Shown: positions 37,238 to 47,992 of the stretch, in pieces | Layout: each line of letters starts with the position of its first letter | Numbering within the stretch: the first letter of the stretch is position 1 | Source: an uncultured Pelagibacteraceae bacterium | GTDB taxonomy: Bacteria; Pseudomonadota; Alphaproteobacteria; Pelagibacterales; Pelagibacteraceae | Direction: 5' to 3' | Assembly (NCBI GenBank): GCA_902603945.1 | Contig: CACKWP010000001.1 | Coordinates: 38,742 to 102,741, forward strand | Length of the DNA stretch: 64,000 nucleotides | Position numbers and translations under genes: made by a program | Notes under the pieces: generated by a model | Database searches by the model: none | What the model was told of the DNA's origin: nothing | Seen by the model: only the letters and a program-made list of their open reading frames with translations

Positions 37238-37826
37238 TATATTTATTTTTATCTAAATTTTTTTTACAAAGTGTTAATTGTTTTCTATATTTGTTTGCCA
37301 TATCCTTAACTGATTTTGCGTAGATAATAGCTTTCTTGTCTTTTGAATAATTTTTATAATCACCCCAGCCTTTATAATAAGCTAAATACTGTTTATATGG
37401 ATCCTTCTTGGAAATTTTTAAAATCTTATTAGTTTTATGGATATACCAACCTATAAAATCAACAGAGTCTTTAAATCTAGCTCTTGTAGCTAAAGGACTA
37501 TTAGTCTCTTTTTTATATTGTTCCCATGTTCCTTTAATTGCTTGAGAGTATCCAAATGAACTTGAAGGTCTTTTGAAAGGAATAACTTTAAACAATTTTT
37601 TTCGTGGTGGCTTAGCTAACCAATTGAAATCACTTTCTTTTTTAACAAAGGCTAGTTGTAAATGAATAGGTGCTCCCCATCTTTCATAAGAAGCTTTTGC
37701 GTGTTTATACCAAAGATATCTTTCCTCAAAAATTGCGCAGCTATTTTGCGTATTTTTTGGTATCGAAGAACATGCGTTAAGAATAAATAAAATTAAAATT
37801 ATTATAATTTTTTTAAAATGAATCAC
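37227..37826 (-). CDS. Transglycosylase SLT-like lipoprotein
   Basis: LNAC lipobox, KESDF, SSFGYSQA..TW, YLAY. Confidence 0.8.
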   Translation of the reverse strand: MIHFKKIIIILILFILNACSSIPKNTQNSCAIFEERYLWYKHAKASYERWGAPIHLQLAFVKKESDFNWLAKPPRKKLFKVIPFKRPSSSFGYSQAIKGTWEQYKKETNSPLATRARFKDSVDFIGWYIHKTNKILKISKKDPYKQYLAYYKGWGDYKNYSKDKKAIIYAKSVKDMANKYRKQLTLCKKNLDKNKYIIF

Positions 37827-37846
37827 TTACTAATTTATACTAAAAA

Positions 37847-38350
37847 TTAGTTAAGCTTTCTCCACTTTTCTGGCATTATAAAAGATCCTTTCCACACACC
37901 AAGCTTATTTTCTTTTGCGTAAGCTTCATCTCTCACATAATCTTTTGAATATCTTTTGTAAGCTACTGCATTACCGTTCCTTACCATCCATTTATTAAGA
38001 TTGATTTTATCTTTAAAACAAGTAGCTAAAAATCTTTTGTACCTATCTTTTGATGACGAAATGCATTTTATTTTTGAATTATTAATTTTATCTACCAGTT
38101 TTTTTTTTGCCATAACACCACATGAATAATCTTTATTAAATTCAAAACCAATTATTGCTGAAATTTTTAAAAATGGTTTTTTACATTGTTGTTTGATTTC
38201 TGGAGCATCAATTCCTTCTAGTCTTATTTTTTTATTATTAATGTGTACAGTGTCACCATCAATTATTATTGGCACTCCATAAATTTCTGTACTATTAAGC
38301 GATTGGGCTAAGAAAAACGTTAAGATTAATATTAAAGCTGTTTTCGCCAT
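37847..38350 (-). CDS. Thermonuclease (SNase) family protein
   Basis: IDGDT, IRLEGIDAPE, DRYKR, MVRNG, PEKWR. Confidence 0.9.
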   Translation of the reverse strand: MAKTALILILTFFLAQSLNSTEIYGVPIIIDGDTVHINNKKIRLEGIDAPEIKQQCKKPFLKISAIIGFEFNKDYSCGVMAKKKLVDKINNSKIKCISSSKDRYKRFLATCFKDKINLNKWMVRNGNAVAYKRYSKDYVRDEAYAKENKLGVWKGSFIMPEKWRKLN

Positions 38351-38727
38351 TTTACAAAACTGTTAATTAATAAAATTATAACTACTCCAGTAAAATTAGC
38401 TATTAAATCATACAATTCAAAAGCCCTATTAGGAACAATTAAGTGAAAAATTTCTAATATGCAGGAAATAAATAGAATAAATAGATAATTAGTCAAAATA
38501 TTTTTAATTCTTATTCTGACTATTATTACTAATACAGTAATATAAGAAAAAAAAATTAAGTGATTTATAGATGTTCCAATTGGATTAGTTATTAAATTTG
38601 GTTGTTGGCCTAAGTTGCCATATAAAAAATATCCTAATAAACTTCCAGGAAATAAATACAGAATAAGTAAAACTATTAATGAAAAATAGTAAACATACTC
38701 TGTTAATTTAAATATAGTATTTTTCAT
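38332..38727 (-). CDS. VanZ-like membrane protein
   Basis: INH, LEIFH..VPNRAF..DLIAN..G. Confidence 0.75.
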   Translation of the reverse strand: MKNTIFKLTEYVYYFSLIVLLILYLFPGSLLGYFLYGNLGQQPNLITNPIGTSINHLIFFSYITVLVIIVRIRIKNILTNYLFILFISCILEIFHLIVPNRAFELYDLIANFTGVVIILLINSFVKWRKQL

Positions 38728-38767
38728 TAATGATTAAATATAGTACATAATAGCTATTTTAACTATT

Positions 38768-39487
38768 ATGACTAAATTAATTCTCACAAGACATGGACAA
38801 AGTGTTTGGAATGCAGAAAATAGGTTTACAGGTTGGGTAGATGTAGATCTTTCAGATAAAGGGGTCCTGGAAGCTGAAAAATCAGGTCAGATTATAAAAG
38901 ATTTAAACATTAACATAGATATCTCTTATACTTCATATTTAAAAAGGGCGATTAAAACTCTAACAACTATTCTTAAAAAAAATAACCTAGAGCTAAAATT
39001 CAATACTGCTTGGCAACTAAATGAAAGGCACTATGGATCTTTAACGGGTTTAAACAAAGAAGAAACAAAGAATAAAATTGGAGAAGAACAATTTAAAAAG
39101 TACAGGAGATCCTGGGATGTAGCCCCTCCTCCAATAGAGGAAAAAAGTGAATACCTAAATTTATTTAGTCCACTGAATGCTAGTATACCTGTGGGAATGA
39201 CCCCATTTACTGAATCCTTAAAAAGTACATATGACAGGGTGGTACCTTTTTATGAGGACGAAATTAAGAAAAATCTTTTAGAAAATAATAATATTTTAAT
39301 TTCAGCTCATGGAAATTCTCTAAGGGCTTTATGTAAATATTTATTTAATATTTCGGATACAAAAATAAATGAATTGGAAATACCAACAGGTAATCCGCTG
39401 TTAATTAAATTTGGTGATAATTTAAAAATTGAAAAATATTATTATTTAGACAATTCCAGAGCTAAGGATATAATTTTTAATCAATAA
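38768..39487 (+). CDS. gpmA: 2,3-bisphosphoglycerate-dependent phosphoglycerate mutase
   Basis: RHGQS, FTGWVDV, LNERHYG, AHGNSLRAL, IPTG. Confidence 0.95.
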   Translation: MTKLILTRHGQSVWNAENRFTGWVDVDLSDKGVLEAEKSGQIIKDLNINIDISYTSYLKRAIKTLTTILKKNNLELKFNTAWQLNERHYGSLTGLNKEETKNKIGEEQFKKYRRSWDVAPPPIEEKSEYLNLFSPLNASIPVGMTPFTESLKSTYDRVVPFYEDEIKKNLLENNNILISAHGNSLRALCKYLFNISDTKINELEIPTGNPLLIKFGDNLKIEKYYYLDNSRAKDIIFNQ

Positions 39488-40175
39488 TATTAAGACTTTG
39501 AATTTTCCTATACATATCAGAAGTGTTTAAGTGGTAAAATTTTTGATTACTTTCTAAGCCCAGTAAGTTTTTATCTTTAATTAGTTTATTCCATACTTTA
39601 TTCAGTGAAAAAACTTCTGATTTTTCATTCGTGAAAACACTTCTATTAATAATTTGCAATCCAGTAAAAATAAATTGATTTTCACTATCCTTAGAAATTT
39701 TTTCATTATTTAAATTAAAATCTCCTTTAAAGGATGGATCAATGGATAATTTTTTGTTCACTAAAAGTAATGTCGGTTTATTATTCTTTAAATAAATAGC
39801 CTCTAAACTCTTTAATTCTGCTAGATAATGTTTACTCCAAACAGTATCTGGATTAATTACAAAAAAAGGATTGTCACTAAAATTTTGTGTACCTTTAAGT
39901 ACGCCACCGCCTGTGTCTAATAATAAATTTTCTTCATTAGAAATTGTAATCTTAACTTTAAATTTCTTTCTATTTATAAACGATTTAATCTGATCAGGAA
40001 GATAATGAACATTAATACTAATTTCTTGAACACCATGACTGATCAATAAATTTATCGCTCTTTCCAATAATGTGTAATTATTTATTTCTAATAATGGTTT
40101 AGGAGTTTTTAGTGTCAAAGGCTGCATTCTTTTTCCTAACCCTGCTGCTAAAATCATTCCATATTTAATATTCAT
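39477..40175 (-). CDS. murU: Nucleotidyltransferase (MurU-like)
   Basis: MILAAGLGKRMQPLT..PKPL, LLDTGGG; follows amgK. Confidence 0.8.
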   Translation of the reverse strand: MNIKYGMILAAGLGKRMQPLTLKTPKPLLEINNYTLLERAINLLISHGVQEISINVHYLPDQIKSFINRKKFKVKITISNEENLLLDTGGGVLKGTQNFSDNPFFVINPDTVWSKHYLAELKSLEAIYLKNNKPTLLLVNKKLSIDPSFKGDFNLNNEKISKDSENQFIFTGLQIINRSVFTNEKSEVFSLNKVWNKLIKDKNLLGLESNQKFYHLNTSDMYRKIQSLNIID

Positions 40176-41140
40176 ATTTTATTTAATTGTTTAAGTTTTT
40201 TAATAGACAAGTGTTTATAAAATAATAATTTTAAATTTTTGAGTACTGGATTTTGTAATCTTTTTTCTATGAGCGTCCATGTGTAAGGTAAAAATTTAAG
40301 ATAATGATTTTTGTTATCTCTTTTGTATAAACGTACAAATATTCCTAATATTTTTAAATTTCTTTGCACTGACAAAATATCAAAGTCATTTTTTAATTTT
40401 TTTATATGATTGTTTTTAAGTTTTGAATTCTTATGGTAAAAATCTAATAGTTTATTTTGTAATTTACTCGGTAATTTAATTCTTACGTCGTCAATTAAGG
40501 ATGCTATATCATACAAAGGATTTCCGATAATTGCATCCTGGTTATCAATTATTCCCAATTTGTTTTTATTAATCATTACATTTGAAATATGAAAATCTCT
40601 ATGTACGAAAGTATTATTTTGATAATTTAGATTTTTATAAACTTTATTTAGTTCAGATTTTAATATTTTTTTAATATTAGTAATTTTTTTATCTTTAAGG
40701 GCGTATTTTAAGTACCAATCAAAAAACAAATCAGAATCTTTATGAAGATTGGATAATGTATATTTTGGTATTGTAATTTTAAAATTTTTAAATTTATAAA
40801 GTTTTTTTACTTTTATTTTTTGTATCTTAATTAATAATTTTATTAATGATTTATAGCTATTAAGTTTATTTTTTTTTGAAATTACGTGATCGTAGAAGGA
40901 TTTTTCGCCTAAATCAGATATTTCGATCATATCGTTTTTATAATGATTGCTTATTAATTTTGGAGCATTAATCCTGTTGTGGTTAAGAATATTATTTATC
41001 ACCACATATACTGCAAGATTCTTAAATTTTTCTTTTTTAGCAGTAACAATGATTGAGGTTTTGTTGTTTTTTTTTAATCTATAAAATTCTCTAAATGAAG
41101 CATCTCCTGAAATTTTTTTCAATTTATATTTCATTTTCAA
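40172..41140 (-). CDS. amgK: AmgK-like sugar phosphotransferase (APH fold)
   Basis: GDASFREFYR, HRDFH..N, IDNQDA, QRNLKILGIFVRL. Confidence 0.82.
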   Translation of the reverse strand: MKMKYKLKKISGDASFREFYRLKKNNKTSIIVTAKKEKFKNLAVYVVINNILNHNRINAPKLISNHYKNDMIEISDLGEKSFYDHVISKKNKLNSYKSLIKLLIKIQKIKVKKLYKFKNFKITIPKYTLSNLHKDSDLFFDWYLKYALKDKKITNIKKILKSELNKVYKNLNYQNNTFVHRDFHISNVMINKNKLGIIDNQDAIIGNPLYDIASLIDDVRIKLPSKLQNKLLDFYHKNSKLKNNHIKKLKNDFDILSVQRNLKILGIFVRLYKRDNKNHYLKFLPYTWTLIEKRLQNPVLKNLKLLFYKHLSIKKLKQLNKI

Positions 41141-41576
41141 AATCTTTCCATTTGTTTACCCCATTTATTTTCATTTTTCTTTCCTTATCTTTTTCTCCAT
41201 ACTTTAAATGAATTTCTAATTTATTATTCAATGGTGTTTTAATTAAGTCTGGCCATTCTATAATTTTAATTGTTTTTTCATTTTCTGAAAAAATACCAAG
41301 ATGATCTAATTCATTGGCTTTTTTAATTCGATAAAGATCATAATGCATAATCTTAAGATCTTTAATTTCATATTCATAAAGTAAGTTAAATGTAGGACTT
41401 AACACCTCTGTTTCTTTAAGTCCTTTTTGATTTTGTAAGTTATTAATTAAAAATCTTGTGAATGTAGTCTTCCCTACACCGATTTCACCAATTAAGAAAA
41501 TGTAATCTCCATTTTCTAATTTTTTTGAAATTGATTTAGATATTAGATTTAAATGGTCTAAAGATTTAACAATCAT
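41124..41576 (-). CDS. tsaE: tRNA threonylcarbamoyladenosine biosynthesis ATPase
   Basis: GEIGVGKT, SPTF, HYDLYR, IEWP. Confidence 0.93.
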   Translation of the reverse strand: MIVKSLDHLNLISKSISKKLENGDYIFLIGEIGVGKTTFTRFLINNLQNQKGLKETEVLSPTFNLLYEYEIKDLKIMHYDLYRIKKANELDHLGIFSENEKTIKIIEWPDLIKTPLNNKLEIHLKYGEKDKERKMKINGVNKWKDFENEI

Positions 41577-41585
41577 TAGCTACTG

Positions 41586-42875
41586 TTAGTAGCGATAAGT
41601 ATCTGGTTTAAATGGTCCTGATGGTTTAACGCTAATATAATCGGCTTGCTCTTTCGACATCTTTGTTAATTTAGCTCCCACTTTTTCTAAATGAAGCATT
41701 GCAACCTTTTCATCAAGATGTTTTGGAAGCACATAAACTTTCTTCTCATATTTATCAGAATTATTCCATAACTCAATTTGAGCAATCACTTGATTTGTAA
41801 ACGAAGCGCTCATCACAAAACTTGGGTGTCCTGTAGCGCATCCAAGATTAACCAATCTACCTTCAGCTAAAAGGATAATTCTTTTTTTACTAGGTAATTC
41901 TATTTCATGAACTTGAGGTTTTATTTCATCCCACTTATAATTCTTTAATGCTTCAACTTGTATTTCGTTATCAAAGTGACCAATGTTACAAAGTATTGCT
42001 CTGTCTTTCATATTTCTCATATGATCCGCTGTAACTATGTCTTTGTTTCCTGTTGCGGTTACAACTATGTCAGCATCTTTTATAGCTTCATCCATAACAA
42101 CAACTTCGTATCCTTCCATAGCAGCTTGTAACGCACATATTGGGTCTGTCTCGGTAACCATTACTCTTGCACCTGCTTGCCTTAATGAAGCTGCGCTTCC
42201 TTTACCAACATCTCCGAATCCAGCTACAATGGCTACTTTACCTGACATCATTACATCTGTTGCTCTTTTAATCCCGTCTACTAAACTTTCTCTACAACCA
42301 TAGAGATTATCAAATTTTGATTTTGTTACTGAGTCATTTACATTTATAGCAGGAATTAATAATTCTTTATTAGACTCCATTTTTTTAAGAGCTAAAACTC
42401 CTGTTGTAGTTTCCTCTGAAACTCCTTTAATATCTTTTAATAAATTTTTATAATCTTTATGCATTAAAGCTGTAAGATCGCCACCATCATCTAAAATCAT
42501 ATTTGGTTTCCAATCTTTTTTTCCTTCAATAGTTTGTCTAACGCACCACCAATATTCTTCCTCGGTTTCACCTTTCCAAGCAAATACAGGAATACCTGCT
42601 TTTGCGATTGCTGCAGCCGCATGATCTTGCGTCGAAAAAATATTACATGAAGACCATCTTACCTCTGCTCCTAGCTCTACTAAAGTTTCAATCAAAACGG
42701 CTGTTTGAATTGTCATATGAAGACAGCCTAAGATTTTTGCACCCTTTAAAGGTTTTTTACCTTTATATTCTTTTCTCAAAGCCATAAGTCCTGGCATTTC
42801 TGTCTCTGCTAGAGAAATTTCTTTTCTACCAAAGTCTGCCTGGGAAATATCTTTTACTTTATAATCTTGTGTCAT
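41586..42875 (-). CDS. ahcY: Adenosylhomocysteinase
   Basis: [39 protein letters not shown]; start moved to MTQDY. Confidence 0.97.
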   Translation of the reverse strand: MTQDYKVKDISQADFGRKEISLAETEMPGLMALRKEYKGKKPLKGAKILGCLHMTIQTAVLIETLVELGAEVRWSSCNIFSTQDHAAAAIAKAGIPVFAWKGETEEEYWWCVRQTIEGKKDWKPNMILDDGGDLTALMHKDYKNLLKDIKGVSEETTTGVLALKKMESNKELLIPAINVNDSVTKSKFDNLYGCRESLVDGIKRATDVMMSGKVAIVAGFGDVGKGSAASLRQAGARVMVTETDPICALQAAMEGYEVVVMDEAIKDADIVVTATGNKDIVTADHMRNMKDRAILCNIGHFDNEIQVEALKNYKWDEIKPQVHEIELPSKKRIILLAEGRLVNLGCATGHPSFVMSASFTNQVIAQIELWNNSDKYEKKVYVLPKHLDEKVAMLHLEKVGAKLTKMSKEQADYISVKPSGPFKPDTYRY

Positions 42876-42923
42876 ATTGAAGGAGTTATTATCAACATAA
42901 ATAAACCATAGCAAGAAATAATG

Positions 42924-44444
42924 TTAGGACAATTTAGGAAGTAAAACCTCAACCTGTGCTCCTTTTGTATTAAGTCTATTTGAAGCTGCAATCGTGCCCT
43001 TATGTAATTGAATTATGTTTTTTACAATATTTAAACCTAAACCAGAATGTTTACCGAAACTTTTAGGCCTATTGCTATAAAAACGTTTAAAGATTTTCTG
43101 AGGAGACGTTTCAGCGAAACCAGGTCCTTCATCTTTTACCGACAATAGTAAATTACTTGAAGTTTCTTCAATACTAATTTCAATTTTTTGATTGTTTTGA
43201 CTGAAGGAAATAGAGTTGTCTAATAAATTTGCGATAACTTGTTCTAATCGGTTACTAATTCCCAATATGAAATTACCACTTTTACTTTTAATTTTATTTT
43301 TAACAATTATTTTAATTTTTTTGTTTTGGTTAATTAAGTCCTGATTAAAATCCTCAACAACACTGTTTATGATTTCAATTAGATTAATTTTACTCATTTT
43401 CTCACGGGATAAAGATGCTTCATCTTTTAACATTTGAGTGTAATCAGTCATTAATCTTTCTATTCGTTCGACATCATGATTTATTATTTTAAGAAGTTTT
43501 TCTCCTTCACTTTTTTCAGTAGTTTTATCTAAAAGTTCTGAAGCGCTTTTTAAAGATGCAAGAGGATTTCTTATTTCATGAGCTAAATCATTTGAAAATG
43601 TTTCAGCTCTATTAGTTCGTTGTTGTAATTCTTTAGTCATTTCATCGATTGATTGAGTTAGTTTTCCTATTTCATCGTCTCTTACAAAAACTTTATTAAT
43701 ATCAATTGTTTGATTAGATTTTTTCTTAATTCCATCACTATATTTAACTAAAAGACCTATTGGCTTTAAAATATATTTATTTAAAAACAATGAAAAAATT
43801 AGAATCACGATCATAACAGCAATCATTGTTCTAATAATAAATGCTTTTCTCTCTTTTACAGCAGTGGTGATATCGTTGGCTTGTTCCGAAACTACAATAT
43901 ACCCTATATCGTTATTTTTAAATTTAATTTTACTAAGTGTGCTTACAAAAAAATTATTTTTTTCATCATTTGTAAGAGTCATTATTTCATCATTATATTT
44001 ATTTCTAATTATGTCTCCAATTTCATCTTTTTGCTCTTCTTTAAGTCTTTCCTCAATTTTCGGTGTGATTGTTTCGCCACCTAAATTTTCCTCAAAAATT
44101 ATATCTGATCCTGTAAATACACTCTGATCTAAATCTAAAATATTTGTATCACCTATAAGGTTACCGGATAAATCATAAAACTGAACACGATCTAAATTTT
44201 GAAATAAAAATCTTGTGGAAAGTAAAAAATCTCTAATTCCTTCTTTAGTATATTCTACATTAAGTCTCTCAAGATTATCCTTTGTATTATTGATAACTAT
44301 TTTATGATTATCAGATCTTTCCTCTACTAAAGTTGGTTGAATAGCCTCAAGGTATATGATTGTAAAAAGTCCTAAAACTGAAAAAACAGTCAGGTTAAAT
44401 ATTAAAAACTTCTTTAAAATAGAAGCTGATTTTTTTTGTTTCAT
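42924..44444 (-). CDS. chvG: Sensor histidine kinase ChvG/ExoS
   Basis: HAMP DEIG, AHEIRNPL, RFYSNRP..FGKHSGLGL; downstream of chvI. Confidence 0.88.
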   Translation of the reverse strand: MKQKKSASILKKFLIFNLTVFSVLGLFTIIYLEAIQPTLVEERSDNHKIVINNTKDNLERLNVEYTKEGIRDFLLSTRFLFQNLDRVQFYDLSGNLIGDTNILDLDQSVFTGSDIIFEENLGGETITPKIEERLKEEQKDEIGDIIRNKYNDEIMTLTNDEKNNFFVSTLSKIKFKNNDIGYIVVSEQANDITTAVKERKAFIIRTMIAVMIVILIFSLFLNKYILKPIGLLVKYSDGIKKKSNQTIDINKVFVRDDEIGKLTQSIDEMTKELQQRTNRAETFSNDLAHEIRNPLASLKSASELLDKTTEKSEGEKLLKIINHDVERIERLMTDYTQMLKDEASLSREKMSKINLIEIINSVVEDFNQDLINQNKKIKIIVKNKIKSKSGNFILGISNRLEQVIANLLDNSISFSQNNQKIEISIEETSSNLLLSVKDEGPGFAETSPQKIFKRFYSNRPKSFGKHSGLGLNIVKNIIQLHKGTIAASNRLNTKGAQVEVLLPKLS

Positions 44445-45142
44445 TAGCTAACATTCCATCTATACCCGCTTCCATATCTTGTTTCAATTGCAGAAAACTT
44501 CTCATCAACCTTTTTAAACTTTTTTCTTATTCTTTTTACATGGCTATCGATTGTTCTATCTTCAATCTCAGTATTTTCTTTGTAAGCTATATCCATTAAA
44601 TGTGCTCTTTCTTTTATAACACCTGGTCTTTTAGCTAATTCTTTCACGATTAAAAATTCTGTGGTAGTAAGTTTATCAGGCAAAGCTTTACCGTTCCATT
44701 CACACTCTAACTGAGCTGGGTCTAATTTGAGCTTCCCGTGACTAATTATATTTTTTGTATCATCAACAGTAGTAGATTTTTTCCTAAGTTGAACTCTTAT
44801 TCTTTCAATTAAAACTTTAGTAGAAAAACCTCCAGATTTTTTAACAAAGTCATCAGCTCCTAATTTTAAACCAAGCAATTCGTCAACCTCATCGTCTTTT
44901 GAAGTTAAAAAAATTATTGGGATTGACAATTTTTTTTTAAGCTTTTTTAATAACTCTTCACCATCCATTCTAGGCATTTTTATATCTAAAATTGCTAAGT
45001 CTGGTGGATTTCTAGTTAATCCGATTAAAGCCGACTCTCCATCTATATAAGTTTGAACTTTAAACCCTTCTCTTTCCAAAGCGATACTAATACTTGTAAG
45101 TATGTTTCTATCATCATCAACTAAAGCGATTGTTTGAGCCAT
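44444..45142 (-). CDS. chvI: Response regulator ChvI
   Basis: IALVDDDRNILTS, DIKMPRMDG, DRTIDSHVKRIRKKF. Confidence 0.93.
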   Translation of the reverse strand: MAQTIALVDDDRNILTSISIALEREGFKVQTYIDGESALIGLTRNPPDLAILDIKMPRMDGEELLKKLKKKLSIPIIFLTSKDDEVDELLGLKLGADDFVKKSGGFSTKVLIERIRVQLRKKSTTVDDTKNIISHGKLKLDPAQLECEWNGKALPDKLTTTEFLIVKELAKRPGVIKERAHLMDIAYKENTEIEDRTIDSHVKRIRKKFKKVDEKFSAIETRYGSGYRWNVS

Positions 45143-45183
45143 ATTTTTTTATTCTCTTAATTATGTTGTCAAAATTTAGGCGT

Positions 45184-47949
45184 TTAATGAGCTTCACCCC
45201 AATTGTTACCAGAATTAATGCTTACCTCCAAAGGTATTGAAAACATGTGATGATCAGAACTAGAAACTGAGATCATTGCTTGTTTTACAATTTTTTTAAC
45301 TTCATTTTCATCTATCTTTAAACACTCAAAAATAAGCTCATCATGAATTTGTAAAAGCATTTTTGCTTTCTTTTTTTCTTCAAGAATTTTATCAATTTTA
45401 ATCATAGCTAACCTAATAATGTCTGCAGCTGATCCTTGTATTGGAGCATTAATAGCTGCCCTTTCTTGAAATGCTCGCACGCTAAAATTTTTATCATTAA
45501 TACCTCTTAAGTGAATTCTTCTTCCAAAAATATTAGTAACGAATCCTTGTTTTCTACATGTTTTAATCGTCGTATTCATATAGTCTTTTATTTCTGGGAA
45601 TTTTTTAAAATATGAATTAATGAAGCTTAAAGCTTCTTCATTTGACACTGATATTTGTTTAGCTAAACCATATTGCGTGATTCCATAAATAATTCCAAAA
45701 TTAATTGCTTTTGCTTTTCTTCTAAAATCATCTGTTACTTTTGTGATAGGGACGTCAAATACTTGGCTTGCGGTTAATGAATGAATATCTTGATTGTTTT
45801 TAAAAGCTTTCTTTAATTCTTTTACATCTGCCATGTCAGCAAGAATTCTCATTTCTATTTGATTATAGTCTGCTGAAATTAGAATATTATCTTTGTCTGC
45901 CACAAAGGCTTTTCTTATCTCTTTGCCATCTGAAGTTTTTATAGGAATATTTTGTAGATTAGGATCACTCGATGCAAGCCTTCCTGTATTGGTTGCAGCC
46001 AATAAGAAAGAGGTATGAACTCTTTTTGTTTTTTTACTTATATGATCTTGTAAAGCATCTGTGTAGGTACTTTTTAATTTTGAAACCTGGCGCCATTCTA
46101 GAATTAACTTGGGAAATTTTTGTCCAGTTAATGCAAGATCTTCTAAGATTTTTGCACTAGTGGCTAAACTTCCTTTTTTTGTTTTCTTTAATTTTGCTAT
46201 CTTAAGATCATTATAGATTATTTCGCCCAATTGTTTTGGTGATCCAATGTTAAATTTTTTGCCAGAAACTTTGTAAATTTCTTTTTCTATCTTTAAAAGT
46301 CTTTCCTCAAATTTTTTGGAAAGTTTTTTAAGATAAGTGTTATCTACTTTTATACCGTTGGTTTCAAGTTTTGAAAGAATTTTTATCATTGGTTTTTCAA
46401 AAACTTCATAAATTTTTTCTAATTTCTCTTCGGATACTCTTTCAGATAAAATTTCATACAATCTTAACGTCACATCTGCATCTTCTGCTGCATATTCAGT
46501 TGCAGTTTTTAAATCTACAGCTGAAAAATTTAATTGTTTTTTCCCAGTACCTACTACATCTTTATAAGAAATAGTTTTATGACCTAGATGTAATTCGGAT
46601 AGAGTATCCATATTATGTCTATTGTTACCAGCATCTAGTGTATATGAAAGTAACATTGTGTCTTCTACGGGACTCATTTCAATACCTTGGTTTTTGAAGA
46701 TAATATAATCGTATTTTATATTTTGGCCGACTTTTCTAATACTTGAGTCTTCTAAAATTAATTTAAGTTTTTTTAAAACTAAATCTTTTTTTAATTCAGT
46801 TTTTTCTTTGTGACCAACTGGAATATAGTAAGCCTCATTAGCCTCATAAGATATTGAAACACCAACTAGTTCGGCTTCTTGTGGATTTAATGATGAGGTT
46901 TCGGTATCTACTGCTATTACTGATTTTTCATTTAATCTTTCAATTAGCTCATTTAGTTGATTTTCTTTTAAAATAGTTTTGTAGGACTTTTTGCTTATTT
47001 TTTTGCTCTTTTTTATCAGGCTTTTGTCTTTAATACTTTTAATTCCTGGCTCACCATAAAAACTAATTGCTTGGCTTAGCAATCTATTAAATTCCATCTC
47101 TCTTAAAAAATCATACAATTTGTCTCTATTAATATCTTTAATAATAAAGTCAGAAACATCATTTTTTAAAGGAACATCATTTTTTAATGTTACTAATTGC
47201 TTGCTAATAATAGCCTTATCTTTATTTGATAATAATGTTTCTCGTCTTTTATTCTGAGGTATTTCTGATGCTTTCTTTAATAAATTTTCTAAAGTTTTAT
47301 ATTTTTTTATAAGTTCTGCTGCGGTCTTTACTCCTATGCCTGGTACACCAGGCACATTATCCGAACTATCTCCGGCAAGTGATTGCACATCGATTACTTG
47401 TTCTGGTTTAACTCCAAATTTATCGAGCACCTCTTTTTCACCTATTAATTTACTTTTCATCGGATCGAACAATCTGACCTTATTTGAAACTAATTGCATT
47501 AAATCTTTATCAGAGGATATTACAGTAACCTTAGCTCCTGCTTCTGAAATTTTTTTAGCATACGTAGCTATTAAATCGTCAGCTTCATAATTTAAAAGTT
47601 CAATAGAAGGAAGATTAAATGCTTCAACTGATTTTCTGATATATTCAAATTGTGGTACTAAATCGTCAGGTGCTTCCGCTCTATTTGCTTTATACTCGCT
47701 ATAAATCTCGTTTCTGAAATTTTTTCTCGCTGAGTCAAATATTACAGCAAAGTGTGTTGGCCGGTTTTCTGAGTCATCCGACCTCGCATCTTCTAAAAGT
47801 TTAAAAAGCATGGAGCAAAAACCACTCACAGCTCCTGTAGGTAATCCGTCACTTTTTCTAGATAAGGGTGGTAAAGCATAGTATGCTCGAAAAATATAGC
47901 CTGAACCATCAATTAAATAAAAATGGTCTGTTTTTTTTATCGAACTCAT
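45184..47949 (-). CDS. polA: DNA polymerase I
   Basis: 5'-3' exo (DGS..FRAYY), 3'-5' exo (DTET, YAAEDA) and polymerase (DYNQIE, QIHDE) domains. Confidence 0.97.
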   Translation of the reverse strand: MSSIKKTDHFYLIDGSGYIFRAYYALPPLSRKSDGLPTGAVSGFCSMLFKLLEDARSDDSENRPTHFAVIFDSARKNFRNEIYSEYKANRAEAPDDLVPQFEYIRKSVEAFNLPSIELLNYEADDLIATYAKKISEAGAKVTVISSDKDLMQLVSNKVRLFDPMKSKLIGEKEVLDKFGVKPEQVIDVQSLAGDSSDNVPGVPGIGVKTAAELIKKYKTLENLLKKASEIPQNKRRETLLSNKDKAIISKQLVTLKNDVPLKNDVSDFIIKDINRDKLYDFLREMEFNRLLSQAISFYGEPGIKSIKDKSLIKKSKKISKKSYKTILKENQLNELIERLNEKSVIAVDTETSSLNPQEAELVGVSISYEANEAYYIPVGHKEKTELKKDLVLKKLKLILEDSSIRKVGQNIKYDYIIFKNQGIEMSPVEDTMLLSYTLDAGNNRHNMDTLSELHLGHKTISYKDVVGTGKKQLNFSAVDLKTATEYAAEDADVTLRLYEILSERVSEEKLEKIYEVFEKPMIKILSKLETNGIKVDNTYLKKLSKKFEERLLKIEKEIYKVSGKKFNIGSPKQLGEIIYNDLKIAKLKKTKKGSLATSAKILEDLALTGQKFPKLILEWRQVSKLKSTYTDALQDHISKKTKRVHTSFLLAATNTGRLASSDPNLQNIPIKTSDGKEIRKAFVADKDNILISADYNQIEMRILADMADVKELKKAFKNNQDIHSLTASQVFDVPITKVTDDFRRKAKAINFGIIYGITQYGLAKQISVSNEEALSFINSYFKKFPEIKDYMNTTIKTCRKQGFVTNIFGRRIHLRGINDKNFSVRAFQERAAINAPIQGSAADIIRLAMIKIDKILEEKKKAKMLLQIHDELIFECLKIDENEVKKIVKQAMISVSSSDHHMFSIPLEVSINSGNNWGEAH

Positions 47950-47992
47950 ATATACATATTACATTGAATCCTTCACTTAAATTAAAAAAACC

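Noticed and set aside
37227-38727. SLT + nuclease + VanZ as a phage or defence module
   Set aside because: No phage hallmark, integrase or compositional break; these are common chromosomal families
42876-42923. SAH/SAM riboswitch before ahcY
   Set aside because: The gap is about 48 nt, AT-rich, with no recognisable aptamer
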